DNA from: the human T2T-CHM13v2.0 reference genome, Homo sapiens | Reading direction: 5' to 3' (one strand) | Assembly (NCBI RefSeq): GCF_009914755.1 | Contig: NC_060928.1 | DNA: 64,000 nucleotides | In this document: positions 41,661-64,000 of the stretch, one piece after another | Layout of the letters: each line of letters starts with the position of its first letter | Numbering within the stretch: position 1 is the first letter of the stretch | Translations under genes and position numbers: made by a program | The notes under the pieces: model-generated | Told to the model about the DNA's origin: nothing | Seen by the model: only the letters and a program-made list of their open reading frames with translations | The model's database searches: none

Positions 41661-42956
41661 TCACAAAGTCAGCCATCCTGAACAGAAAATATTCTAAAAA
41701 GTTAAAAATTACATTTATCCTAAATTTTTTTTTCATTTCAGAATATGAAGGCTGATGAAACACTATCTCTGTAATGAAGAAATCACTATATATATATTGA
41801 CATCTACTACCTAAATCACATTCTTTATTATTTTCAATACAAGTAAAATCTATAATTCTACTCTAAGTCTTCACAAGATAGTTTCTTTTATATTTATTTG
41901 ATCTATTCTACTTATTTAAACATATACAATTATTTTAGATACACTTAATTACGGAAGAATCTGAGAAGTTTCCAAGTTTATTTCAGAACTCTGTATCAAA
42001 TATAATAAGAATCTTAGCAGCGAAGTCAAATAAAAGCAGTACAGCAGCAATTTAAAAAATTAACAAAAAGAACAAATGCTTTAAGTATGAATTTTCAAAA
42101 ATACAGTAAAAAGCTATGTTTGAATTCCCTAAATATCACAACTATAAAAAAGTAAAGTGGATAGATTAGGGAAAAGATTAAAAACAGTTATTTGTTTTAA
42201 TCTTTTCCAATTTTACTTTTGTGTCTTTCTCTGACAATTATGAAAGAATGTAAACATGCTGATCTTAGACTATAAATAAAAAGTATCAATAACAAACACT
42301 GATTAAGCATCTACTATATATTGTGTTAGTTACCTTGCTAAGTATGGAAGATACAAATATAAATAAAACCCAGCCCCAGTAATCAGAGAACTCATAGCAT
42401 GGCATCAATTGTAGTTAATTTTGGAGGTAAGGAAGAAAGATGAGCAAGTTGTTGGCCGTGTTTCTACTTGTATTTTGGCTAGTAAGGCACAGAAACTTCC
42501 TATAAAGACTTTCTTTGGGACCATAACTAAATTATGTCCTGAAAATTACATGAAATAAATCTCAGTCTCCTAGTAAGATTTGAGCACTTCTGATTTTCAT
42601 ATACCAAATAACTGCTTCTTTTACATTCTTTGGCAACGATTACTAACTGAAACATAAAAATATTTGAAATATGAAACTAAGCTGTAAAACCTAAAAATCT
42701 ATTCCATCACATAACTATGAATGACAGTGATCTAAGGTTCATTTACCTCATGTAGTACTTAAAAAAGATTCTTACGAAATTTCCATCATGGGAATTTTCT
42801 AGAATTAGATAATCTCTATAGCTGGTTTGAAGGCCTATTACTGTTGCTCTCAGATGTGTCTGGGTAGCTAAATCTTAATCTAGTTTCACATCGCTAAATC
42901 CAGAAATCCACTTCACCAATGCCATGTTAGCTTGAGTAGGCTGAACACAATGCCTC

Positions 42957-43658
42957 TGTAGTGTACCTGTGCCATCCCCTAACAGTCCCATTAGCCACTG
43001 GAAAATTCTGAGATTAATAACGCATATCTGTTCTGAATGCAATTTATCTCCTGCATATATCAATGTAAGGCTATATCCTACTTTGCTATATAGCCCCATT
43101 TATATAAGGCTGGGCCTAAGGAAGGCAGATAAACCTTCAAATGTGATGCTCTGACATGAGATTAATAAGGTATATCTGGTCAGAATGCAACTTATTTCCT
43201 GTATATATCAAAGTAGGACTGTACCCTGTTCTGCCACATCCCCATCTACGTAAGGCTGGGCCTGAGGAGGCAGATAAATCTTCAGGAGTAATGCTCTGAC
43301 ATAAAATTAATAAGGTATATCTGGTCGTAATGCAACTTGTTTCCTGCATATATCAAGGTAAGGCTGTATTCTGTTTTGCTATAGCCCGTCTACGTAAGGC
43401 TAGGCCTGAGGAAGGCAGATGAACCTTCAGGTATGATGCTCAGACATGTCATCTGAAACTCTATGGTTACAGATAAGGCACTTTTGGGGGGTCCTGGAAG
43501 TTTACACCACCACCTGCAAGTAGACAAGATAGGTGATCTCTCTGCTGTGTATCCTGATTGTATCAACTTCCTTCTCTAACTTTTACGGAAGTAAAGCATG
43601 TTTGACTTCCCATCTTAAGATGCTTTCTGTGTCCAGTGATTGTTAGCCTGAACTTACA
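42957..43658. mobile_element. LTR-like element (TGTAG...TTACA termini, ~700 bp), family not identified, containing a 3x ~145-bp tandem repeat
   Basis: TG...CA ends; repeat units start at ATTAATAA at 43013, 43161 and 43306. Confidence 0.55.
43010..43447. repeat. Three diverged tandem copies of a 145-148-bp unit
   Basis: Shared blocks ATTAATAA..ATATCTG..AATGCAA..TCCTG.ATATATCAA..TAAGGCT.GGCCT.AGGA.GGCAGAT.AA..TTCA..ATGCTC.GACAT. Confidence 0.9.
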
Positions 43659-45765
43659 ATTGGCATAGGTTAAACAGCGGTTGCACAAAATTGTTTACTA
43701 AGAACCTGGTCATCTGTATAACAGCTTTGATTTATAGATTTTCACACCATTTATGCATATATAACACTACTTGCTCTATGTATTTATATGATTTATAAAT
43801 TTTGCTTCATTGAACAGCTGCTTCCTACGCTGGCTTAAATAAGCAGGTTTACATTACTGGCTACTTTCAAACACAAACTTAATAACTGTAGTGCTTTTGT
43901 TTAACACTAATTCTTTTTTCCTATAATTTATTAAACAAATATTGAGTGTCAACTATTTGCCACATTATATCTGCCAAAAGATATAAAGATGAATAAAACA
44001 GAGTTCCAGGGAGGCAAGGTTGGTTCAACATATGAAAATCAGCGTAATACATATATTAATAGAATAAAAGACAAAATCAATTTTATGGCTCCTTACACTG
44101 TTTAAAAACCTATAAAATCTGTGTCCTTATTTTTCATATGCATTAGTGTTTACTACTTCACATACACCAAAAATAGTCCATAACCCACATGCTTAGTCCT
44201 CTCTAAAGTAATACAACTCTACTAAACTATGGGTATAAAGTACGCTTGTGCTGGGATCATGGGGATTAAGAGAAAACAGTCAGTTTACTTCTTGATAGTA
44301 ATTTTCTTCATTAAACACTATTAAGAATTCACGTGAGCATGCTCTGTTTTACAAAAATTAGACTATTTCTTTTGAGTTCCAGAATTATACCACTTAAAAT
44401 CAGTAAAACACTGACCCCGATTAAGGATAAGAGGATGATAATATAAATGCAAATATAGTAAGAAATTAGGAATTGGATAGTAAAACACAAAGACATTAAA
44501 ATGGACTAAAAAGTATAATGTAACAGGATAAGGGACATCAAACAAAGAGATAACAGAAGTATAGTGTTCTTTTATCAATAAATAATTATTCCAAGACAAA
44601 CTTTCCTTTTTTTTTTTAGCCCTGACAAGAGAAGGGGAGGAAAAGGGAGTAAGTTATTTTCTTTCCTTTTCTTATTGTAAACACATGAATAAGCAACAAG
44701 ATTTGGCTGGGAACTGCATGCCTCACATCCATGGTTCAAATTCTTTACTGATAAAGAAAATTTAAAACTTCTCAAGGATAAAGTTGAAGACAACATAAAA
44801 ATAAGTAGCACTCTAGGTAATGGAGATAATCTGAGAAATAAAAATGAGTAATATGGTATTGGGCAGAAGAGATGGGGTGGTACAGGATTACTGAGATGAA
44901 AAAATGATGTAGAAGGGTTTATTCATTTAGCTTCCTCTTAAGGGGCATGTCGATGTAATGGAACGAAACTGTTGTTAGTTTTATCCAAATTAAATGAAGC
45001 AATACAGACAGAAGGACTTGGAAAAAGTAAAAGCACCATAAAAACACAAATGTTAGGTGGCACTCTGTAATTTATTAAAAAGTGGCTTCAGCCATTTCAA
45101 CAGTACATGGCTTGAGCTTATAATATTAAAAATCCTAACAGAAGAGGTATGTTATTAAGAAATTGCATATAAGCAAAGGTAGACTGGTCAGAGTTACTGA
45201 TAAGAAAGGAAGAGGAAAAATAACTACTACCATAAAGAAGAAACAGGCAAATATAGGTGATTATGAAGAAAAGAGAATCTGAAAGAGTCTTAGATGCCTA
45301 CAGATTTCAGTTTGCTGATTCAGTTTGAATCATGGAAAGGAATGAATCAAGAATGAAAATGACATACAAATTATAATAATCAGAAATTGTGACAGCGTGC
45401 AGAGAAAATGTCCTATAATGCCAGTGACCACTAAACAGTACAAGACAAAAGAACCATTCAGATTGGAAGCAACCTTCGGTATTAACTAGTCCAAGTTTTC
45501 ATTGAATAAAATATTCCCATATTCCCATCTAAATAGCCCATGACACACTGTCATTTCAACCTCTGGTTAATACTTCCAGTTTGAAGATGTTCATTAAACC
45601 CCACGATGATCCAACCTTTGAACAGTCCTCATATCTGACCGAAATGTGTCTTTATATTTCCACCCTGGGTCTAGTTCCTCTTTTACATGACAAGTCAGTC
45701 AATTCTTCCAAGTTTGCTCCTTTAACCATGATTTCTTTAATGATGGCTAAATTCCCAGACTCTTT

Positions 45766-53722
<7,957 letters not shown>

Positions 53723-53770
53723 AATTCTCAGATTCTTTAATTATTCCTCATAAAATTTTTCAAGACTTAG

Positions 53771-54127
53771 CAATACAGTTTGGCTGTGTCCCCACCCAAA
53801 TCTCAAATTGAAACTCCCATAATTCCCATGTGTTGTGGGAGGGACCTGGTGGGAGGTAACTGAATCATGATGGCGGGTCTTTCCTGAGCTGTTGTGGTGA
53901 CAGTGAATAAGTCTCACGAGATCTGATGGTTTTATAAAGGAGAGTTCCCCTACACATGCTCTCTCTCGTCTGCTGCAAGACATGACTTTACTTCTCCTTT
54001 GCCTTCTACCATGATTGTGAGGCCTACCCAGCCATGTGGAACTGTGATTCCATTAGACCTCTTTTTCTTTATAAATTACCCAGTCTCGGGTATGACTTTG
54101 TTAGCAGTGTGAGAACAGACTAATACA
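53771..54127. mobile_element. THE1 (MaLR) solo LTR; possible 5-bp TSD CTTAG/CTTAA
   Basis: gtttggctgtgtccccacccaaatctca ... ataaattacccagtctcgggta ... gactaataca. Confidence 0.85.
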
Positions 54128-54332
54128 CTTAATAAAGTCAATATGGTACAACAGTTAAGTGAGTGAGGTCAGGAACCAAACTGTCCAGCTTCAACTCCTG
54201 GTTGCACTAATAGTAATGTGACCTTCAACAAGTTACTTAATTACACATAGCCTCAATTTCTTAATCTGTAAAATAGCAAAAATAATAATTCCTGCCTCAC
54301 AGTATTGGTGATGATTAAATGAGTTAATAATA

Positions 54333-54751
54333 CATTCAATTCTCATTATTCTCATAGCTATGTTCTATAAACTCTCCATGAATACTGAACAGAACCACTG
54401 CTCCTAGGGTAAATGCAGAGTTAGACTCCTGGATCCATTATATTGTGGATTCATTAACACTGAATTCATGGCCAATAGTGGCATAACTAATGCCCAAATG
54501 AAGTCTAACACACATATTTTCTCCCTAAAGCACATCGCTGCCTTTTGACATTTCAGCACTATGCTTTTGGGCCACTTTTGCTATTCTGAGCCCATGAATG
54601 ACCCCAGGTTCATGAATGACATGGGCTGAGCCTATGCCCATGCCCATGAATGACCATGACAGTGCTACACATATTGATTTTGAGGTTACAAATACATTTT
54701 AGCAAGTAGGTAAATTCGCAAATACGGAATCCACAATAGTAAAGATTAACT
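54333..54751 (-). mobile_element. MER82-like Tigger MITE inserted in a MIR (~54140-54330)
   Basis: Terminal motifs caattctcattattc ... gcaaatacggaatccacaatagtaaagattaac. Confidence 0.6.
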
Positions 54752-56007
54752 ATATATGTAAATTACTTAGAACAGGTCCTTGCACAAGTGCCCAATTAAA
54801 TATTAGTTGCTACCTTTTACTTATAGGAATCTAGTTTGTCATTACCCTATTGTTTAAACAGTGCAGAATACAGTGAAAACTTCATCTCCTATGCTACTTT
54901 GATTTTAAACTTTTTATTACAAAAAAAACTTCTTTAGCTCCTAAGAAGTTATTAATACTGGCCCAGGGGCAATAAAACAGGCACTATCATACACTGTTGG
55001 GTTAAGTACAAACTGGCACTTTTCTAGAAAAAAACTTAGTAATATTTCTTTCAAGAATCTTCATCAGGAACATAGATGACCAAATCTTTTAGCAAAATAA
55101 TTGCCCTTACAAGATTATATTTCAAGGCAATAATAAAAAATGAAGAATAAAATGTGGCAGAAAAATGTTCAAAAAGGTGAAGGATTACAAACAACTGGTT
55201 ATACTAGGGGATTTGTTAGATAAATCATAGCACATTCAGGCACTGGAATCTTATGTAGATATTAAAAAATTGAAAACAACATGGGAAATATGTATGGTAA
55301 GAACACTAAATTTAAAAAGATAAAAATTTGTATGTATGATTTTGTTTCCACTATCTTGGGAAAAAGAAAAGGAAAAGGTATGCAAGAAAATTAACCAAAG
55401 TCTTCATCAGCAGTGACCACCACTATAGGGATTTGGAATTATTTTCTTTCCTGTTTCCTAACACTCTCCTCCTATACACTCCAATTTTTCTAAAACTAAC
55501 CTACATCACTTAGCAAGCAGTAAAACAAGAAAAAAAAAAGCCTCTTGTGATTTTTCTTCAGGTTTTCTTTTTTACTGAGCAAAAAGGAGAGAAAAAGGAG
55601 GTATGAACAGGTGACTGAGAACCCTGTATGAAAGGACAATAATAAGGTAGTTAGCTGTTGGTATTTTTAAAACAGAAATACGTGAAAATTCTTGAATATT
55701 CAGCAAAAGAAAGAGTATTAAAAAGAATGTAAGAATGAGAGGAAGGAAAAAAAGATTAAATGCCTTTCAGTAAAGCAAAACACTGAAGAACAAAGACAAT
55801 AGTTTAAATTTGGAGTAGTGAAAGTTGTTGCTCCATGTCAGTGAAAAGATTACAGTGTGTATGTAAATCTAAGACAATGAGTATTATTAAGAAAGAGATC
55901 ACGAGAAAATTATACACATAGTAATTAAATCATTTCCTTATAAGTGATTACCAGCTATGAAAGGAAAGGGCATTTTTATTCTTATAGCAAAATATAATAA
56001 AATACAG

Positions 56008-58705
<2,698 letters not shown>

Positions 58706-59435
58706 TTACTAATTAAACAATATATATACTAGAAAGATCAATAATTCTGGAGAATAAAAGCCTCCCACAAAATTTGTCTCACTATTCATAAAAAATATGC
58801 ATATGTGTAAGTCTGTAACCTTCCTTTCTCAAAAAATAGATGCTTCATATATCAGGCTTCTGTATATAATTTATAATGTGTATATAAACGTTAATTTATA
58901 TTTACCTCAATCATTTATCTCTGCTCAAGTACATATTAATCAGTTACCATTATTAATTCAATGGAAGAAAAGAAATAATATGATGAACAGGATCACAAAG
59001 AGTTATAAATCAGAGATGAAGGTGAAGAGAAAGCATGCTAAGACAACAAAGAGAAAAGTAGGCTTTGAAGTGATGAAGAAAAGGGCGAAAAATGCACTGG
59101 GGTTCTGCATAAAGTGTGATTCAATTTAGATTTATATCCTGATTTATTTAAAGCAAGTGGGTGATAAAATGTTATAATTATGTTGGCAGAATGTTATCAC
59201 ATGTTCCTTTAAATAGTATATTCAGTCTAAACCCACAAACAAGACACAAAAATCAGGCTGAACTGGAAAGCTACATGCTTTCACAGAGTAATCAAGGGCC
59301 AAATTTGCACCTCAGAAAATTATTGTACCCAAGAGGCAAAAAACATCATATGTGAACAATGGAGAAAACATCCACAAAGTGTAGGTACTAAGCTATGTAT
59401 GACAAACGACAAAATTACACACATGGATGAATTCA

Positions 59436-59612
<177 letters not shown>

Positions 59613-59626
59613 TCATTACTATCTCA

Positions 59627-59830
<204 letters not shown>

Positions 59831-61386
59831 CTAGGGATTAAACAAAGAGCTCTCACATGTTTATCTTATAAGGCCTAACAGGCCTGTACTAGTCTCAAAA
59901 GAAAAAGTAAATTTCAATGCTTCACTTTTAAAAAGTAATTACTTAATATGAACATACTAACAAACATAAAGCCTAAAGCAAAATGTTTTCCTATTATAAC
60001 TATTAACAACCAAAAAGCAGTATACTTTGTAATTGATAATAAAGCATAATGTGACAAACAAAAACAGCAAAATGACACTAATTTCATGTAAATATGGAAA
60101 AATTTGATCTTAATTAACAGGTTTTGAAACAAGCTTCCAATATACATTTCATGTAATTCTGTTCCGTTGTTTATGTATAGCTTATGAGAGCCTCCTTTTA
60201 TATAACACTCAGAATTATATTTAACAAAAACATCTGCATATGGCTTTTAATATACCCCAAATCTTTAAATTCACCAAGCAGATATGAAGGTATAAACATT
60301 ATTAAAACATGTTCTATATGTATATAAAAGAGGCAAAAAGTCATATCTATCTTTAGTTTCCAAGTAAGTTGGGAAAAATAGCACAAAACTAGAAAAACAT
60401 TCAATTCTATGGTAAACAAGTGACAACAGAGAAATTCCAAAGTAGTAAGTGCTGAGCAAATCCACAAAACAGTAAAAAAAAAAAAAAAATCAACAGTAAA
60501 ATCCTTATTTAGAAAAAAGGCCTTGGGGAGAGATATTGTTTAATCTGGTCTTGATAGCAATGTAAGGAGAGTAAATATGAGCCAAGGCATTAAAGTAAAA
60601 ATAATCAATGTATGTATATATTTAGGTATGGAAGGTGGAAGAGGAAGGAAGTATGATGACAAATACAAGGAAGGCAAAGTATTAAGTATTAAGTTTGGCT
60701 ATAAAAGCTTGGTATAGCTAAATGCTAAATGCTATCTGCCCTTGGTGTTTGCGTTCAAATAATAAATAACAATAGAAAGGATTTATAAAGTTTCTAGCAG
60801 CAGTAGTATATCAACAGAGTTTTAAAGGTCAGTAAGTCAATATTATGCATGGTAAGCAGAAATAAGAAAGTAAGGCAGAGGAATTAATTAGAAGGATGTT
60901 GCTGCCCTGACACCAAGCCAAGAAGCCTGGAAAGCCAAGAAAGGCAATCAATGAAAAAGTAACTGCTGAAGGAAGTTTGGATTCTCTGCAGGAACGACAA
61001 AGGATAAAGGCAAAGACTTAAAGACTCAACCACCGAGACATAAGAACTCAACCACATGGAAAACTCATAGTAAAAAATAGAGATGTCAGAAAAGGATAAG
61101 GGTAAAAGTAAATAAAAACTGTATAATGCTACAGAAGTCATGGTGAAAGAATTTCATTACGAAGAAATCAATAACCTCAAATGCAAAGGTCAACTTATTT
61201 TAACTTTTCTTATCTGAGAATAAGACCACCAGATATGACTAAGGCTGAGTGGAAGCCTTTAAAAAAAACCATTTTCTGAGTGTGTGAAGTGATGAGAACA
61301 GAAGCCACAATAATGAGAGTAAAAAAGGGAAAACTTCCAGGTGATAACATCTTAAGGAAAATGCCTGGTTAAAAAAAGAAACAAAG

Positions 61387-61695
61387 GCCAGGCATGGTGG
61401 CACATGCCTGTAATCCCAGCACTTTGGGAGGCTGAGGTGGGCAGATTGCTTGAGCTCAGGAGTTCGAGACTAGCCTGGGCAAATTGGCGAAACAACATCC
61501 CTGCAAATACAAAAAATTAGCCGGGCGCAGTGGCATGTGTCTGTAGTCCCAGCTACTCAGGAGGCTGAGATGGGAAGATTGCTTGAACTCAGGAGGTCAA
61601 GGCTACAGTGAGTCATGATCCCACCACTGCAATCTAGCTTGGGTGACAGAGTGAGATCCTGTCTCAAAAAATAAGTAAATAAATAAAATAATAAT
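61387..61695 (+). mobile_element. AluJ-like; TSD approximately AAAAGAAACAAAG
   Basis: Full dimer; flanking direct repeat. Confidence 0.85.
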
Positions 61696-63329
61696 AAAAG
61701 AAACAAAGAAAAATGTCAGAATCCAATAAAAGAAACTTCAGTGTAACCCAATAAGACAAAATTTGTCTTCCATCAAGGTGGTCCTTACATACATCCTCAA
61801 AATGTACATCTGAAGTCAAGAATCAAAATTCAGTTATAAGGTGGTCATATTTCCTATGAAACTGGTTACTCTTTGAATTTAGCCCAATGCTAATATCATC
61901 TTAACTTGACTGAGTGCTCCATTTCTCTTTAGCAAAAACAAAAGTAGGTAAACATCTCAGAAGATGCTCATACTCAAAATAATGTTGAAAATACTATATG
62001 AGAATACTGATGAAATACGTTTGTTTGAGACATAATTTATGTACAATAAAAATTCACCAATTGTAAGCACAGGCTGAATTCTGACAAATGTAGACACTCA
62101 CATAACCACTACTACAATCAAAAGCATATCCATTACCCCAGAAAGTTCCCTTGTGTTCCTTTGCAGTAAATGCTCGCACAGTCAGCAACCACTGATCTGC
62201 TTTCCGTCACTACAGGTTGGATTTGCCTTTCCCATTATGTCATGTAAATAAAATCATAAATATGTACTCTTTTATCTGGTTTCTTTCACTCACAGGTTTT
62301 TAAGATTGATCCATGGTGTTGCATGTATAAACAGGCTATTCTTTTTACTGCCAAATGGTATTCCAATATATTTTCAAACAAGAGATACACCTCTTCCATA
62401 TTATAATCACCATATAACCATACATGTGGAATATATAATTTTTCTAAAAACACATTCATAAAAGACACATTAAAAATGGATAAAACAAAGAAGGTCCAGA
62501 TTTTGCAGATACTAAATAATCAAAAACATTTACATTGGATATTTATACTATGAATAAAAATGCCTCTTATTTAGAAGTACGTAATAATAGTATTAATTTT
62601 GAAATACTTTAGTTTTAGTTTTATCTTTCTTTTGGGGAATCTCCTTAATTTGATTCATATGATACTGAGCCTCCAGGTCCTTATCAACTATGTAGAAATC
62701 AAACAGCCTAACAAGTTAAAATATTTCAAATTCAATGAGGAATAAATATAGAAACTAACATAGAATTTCCTTTAAATCATGGAAAATAAATTGTTTTATT
62801 AATCTTCAATGAAAGCATTACAGAAGTTTATAAAGTGATGCAGAAATCTATTCAGTACACAGTATGTAACTTGAAAATTGTCTCAGTTATTAAACATTAA
62901 TAAAACTGATTAATACTGTATTAGACATCATAGGAAAAAGCACTTTATTACACAAAAGGGAGAAGAATAAATCATCAAAACTTCAGTGCTAATCACGGAC
63001 TTGATAAAAAAATGCTTGAGATCTGAAGGAGTACAAGTTGATAAGCTTTCTCTTTCCAATCAGGTAAGATGTGAGGTTAGTTATTTTAGAATGGACCAGA
63101 TTCTAAGTCATTCCTGATCATTCAGGAGGTAATAAGTTCTACTTAAAGGTAAGATAAAATTATACTACTAAAAACACTGTATAATCTATATTAATACAAA
63201 TTTGGAAAAAGTTACTCTTAATGAATTATTACTATGATATGAAGAACTTCTGCACCTCAAGAGACTGAAAAACAAATCTATAAATCCAGGGCAGAATGTA
63301 TATGTCTAGATAAAACAAACTTTTATTCA

Positions 63330-63779
<450 letters not shown>

Positions 63780-63796
63780 TCAATGATACAAATTAG

Positions 63797-64000
63797 TGCA
63801 TTCATCTTCTATTGCTGTATAACAAACTATCACAAATTTAGTAGCTTAAAACAATATCTATTTATAATCTCAGTTCCCCTGGCTCAGGAATCTGGGTGCA
63901 TTTAGCTGGGTCCCCTCCTCAGGATCTCACCAGGCAGAAATCAAGGTGTCAGCCAGGGTTACAATTCTCACCTGAGACTCAGGATCTCTTCCAAGTTTAC
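63797..64000. mobile_element. MLT1-type LTR, runs off the window
   Basis: ctattgctgtataacaaactatcacaaatttagtagcttaaaacaa. Confidence 0.7.

Noticed and set aside
43010-43447. Tandem repeat as a CRISPR-like array
   Set aside because: Units are ~145 bp, contiguous and diverged, with no unique spacers or cas genes; the DNA is human intron

Overview
Human (primate) genomic DNA, with no prokaryotic content. The window lies inside NEK1 (NIMA-related kinase 1; ALS and short-rib polydactyly gene), which runs on the minus strand. Six short internal coding exons are visible: 59667-59830, 59455-59586, 41544-41646, 12489-12572, 11968-12051 and 11435-11512. All have GT-AG boundaries and consistent phase, and they encode the central coiled-coil region. 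The rest is repeat-dense intron. Its main elements are a full-length L1HS-Ta0 with a 14-bp TSD, open ORF1 and ORF0, and an ORF2 broken by a 4-bp deletion; the 5' half of an L1PA4/5; a full-length L1PA7-like element carrying a nested twin-primed L1PA2, with two Alus apparently inside its TSD; old L1M elements; about 14 Alus; MaLR LTRs; Tigger/hAT MITEs; and an unassigned LTR-like element with a 3x ~145-bp internal repeat. I found no clearly new biological system. The best leads are the sense-oriented L1HS, an Alu-Alu-L1 chimeric insertion, a circRNA-prone stop-free 246-nt exon triplet, an RBFOX-flanked cassette exon and a candidate intronic poly(A) isoform. Repeat subfamily names and NEK1 residue numbers come from recall, not from a database search.
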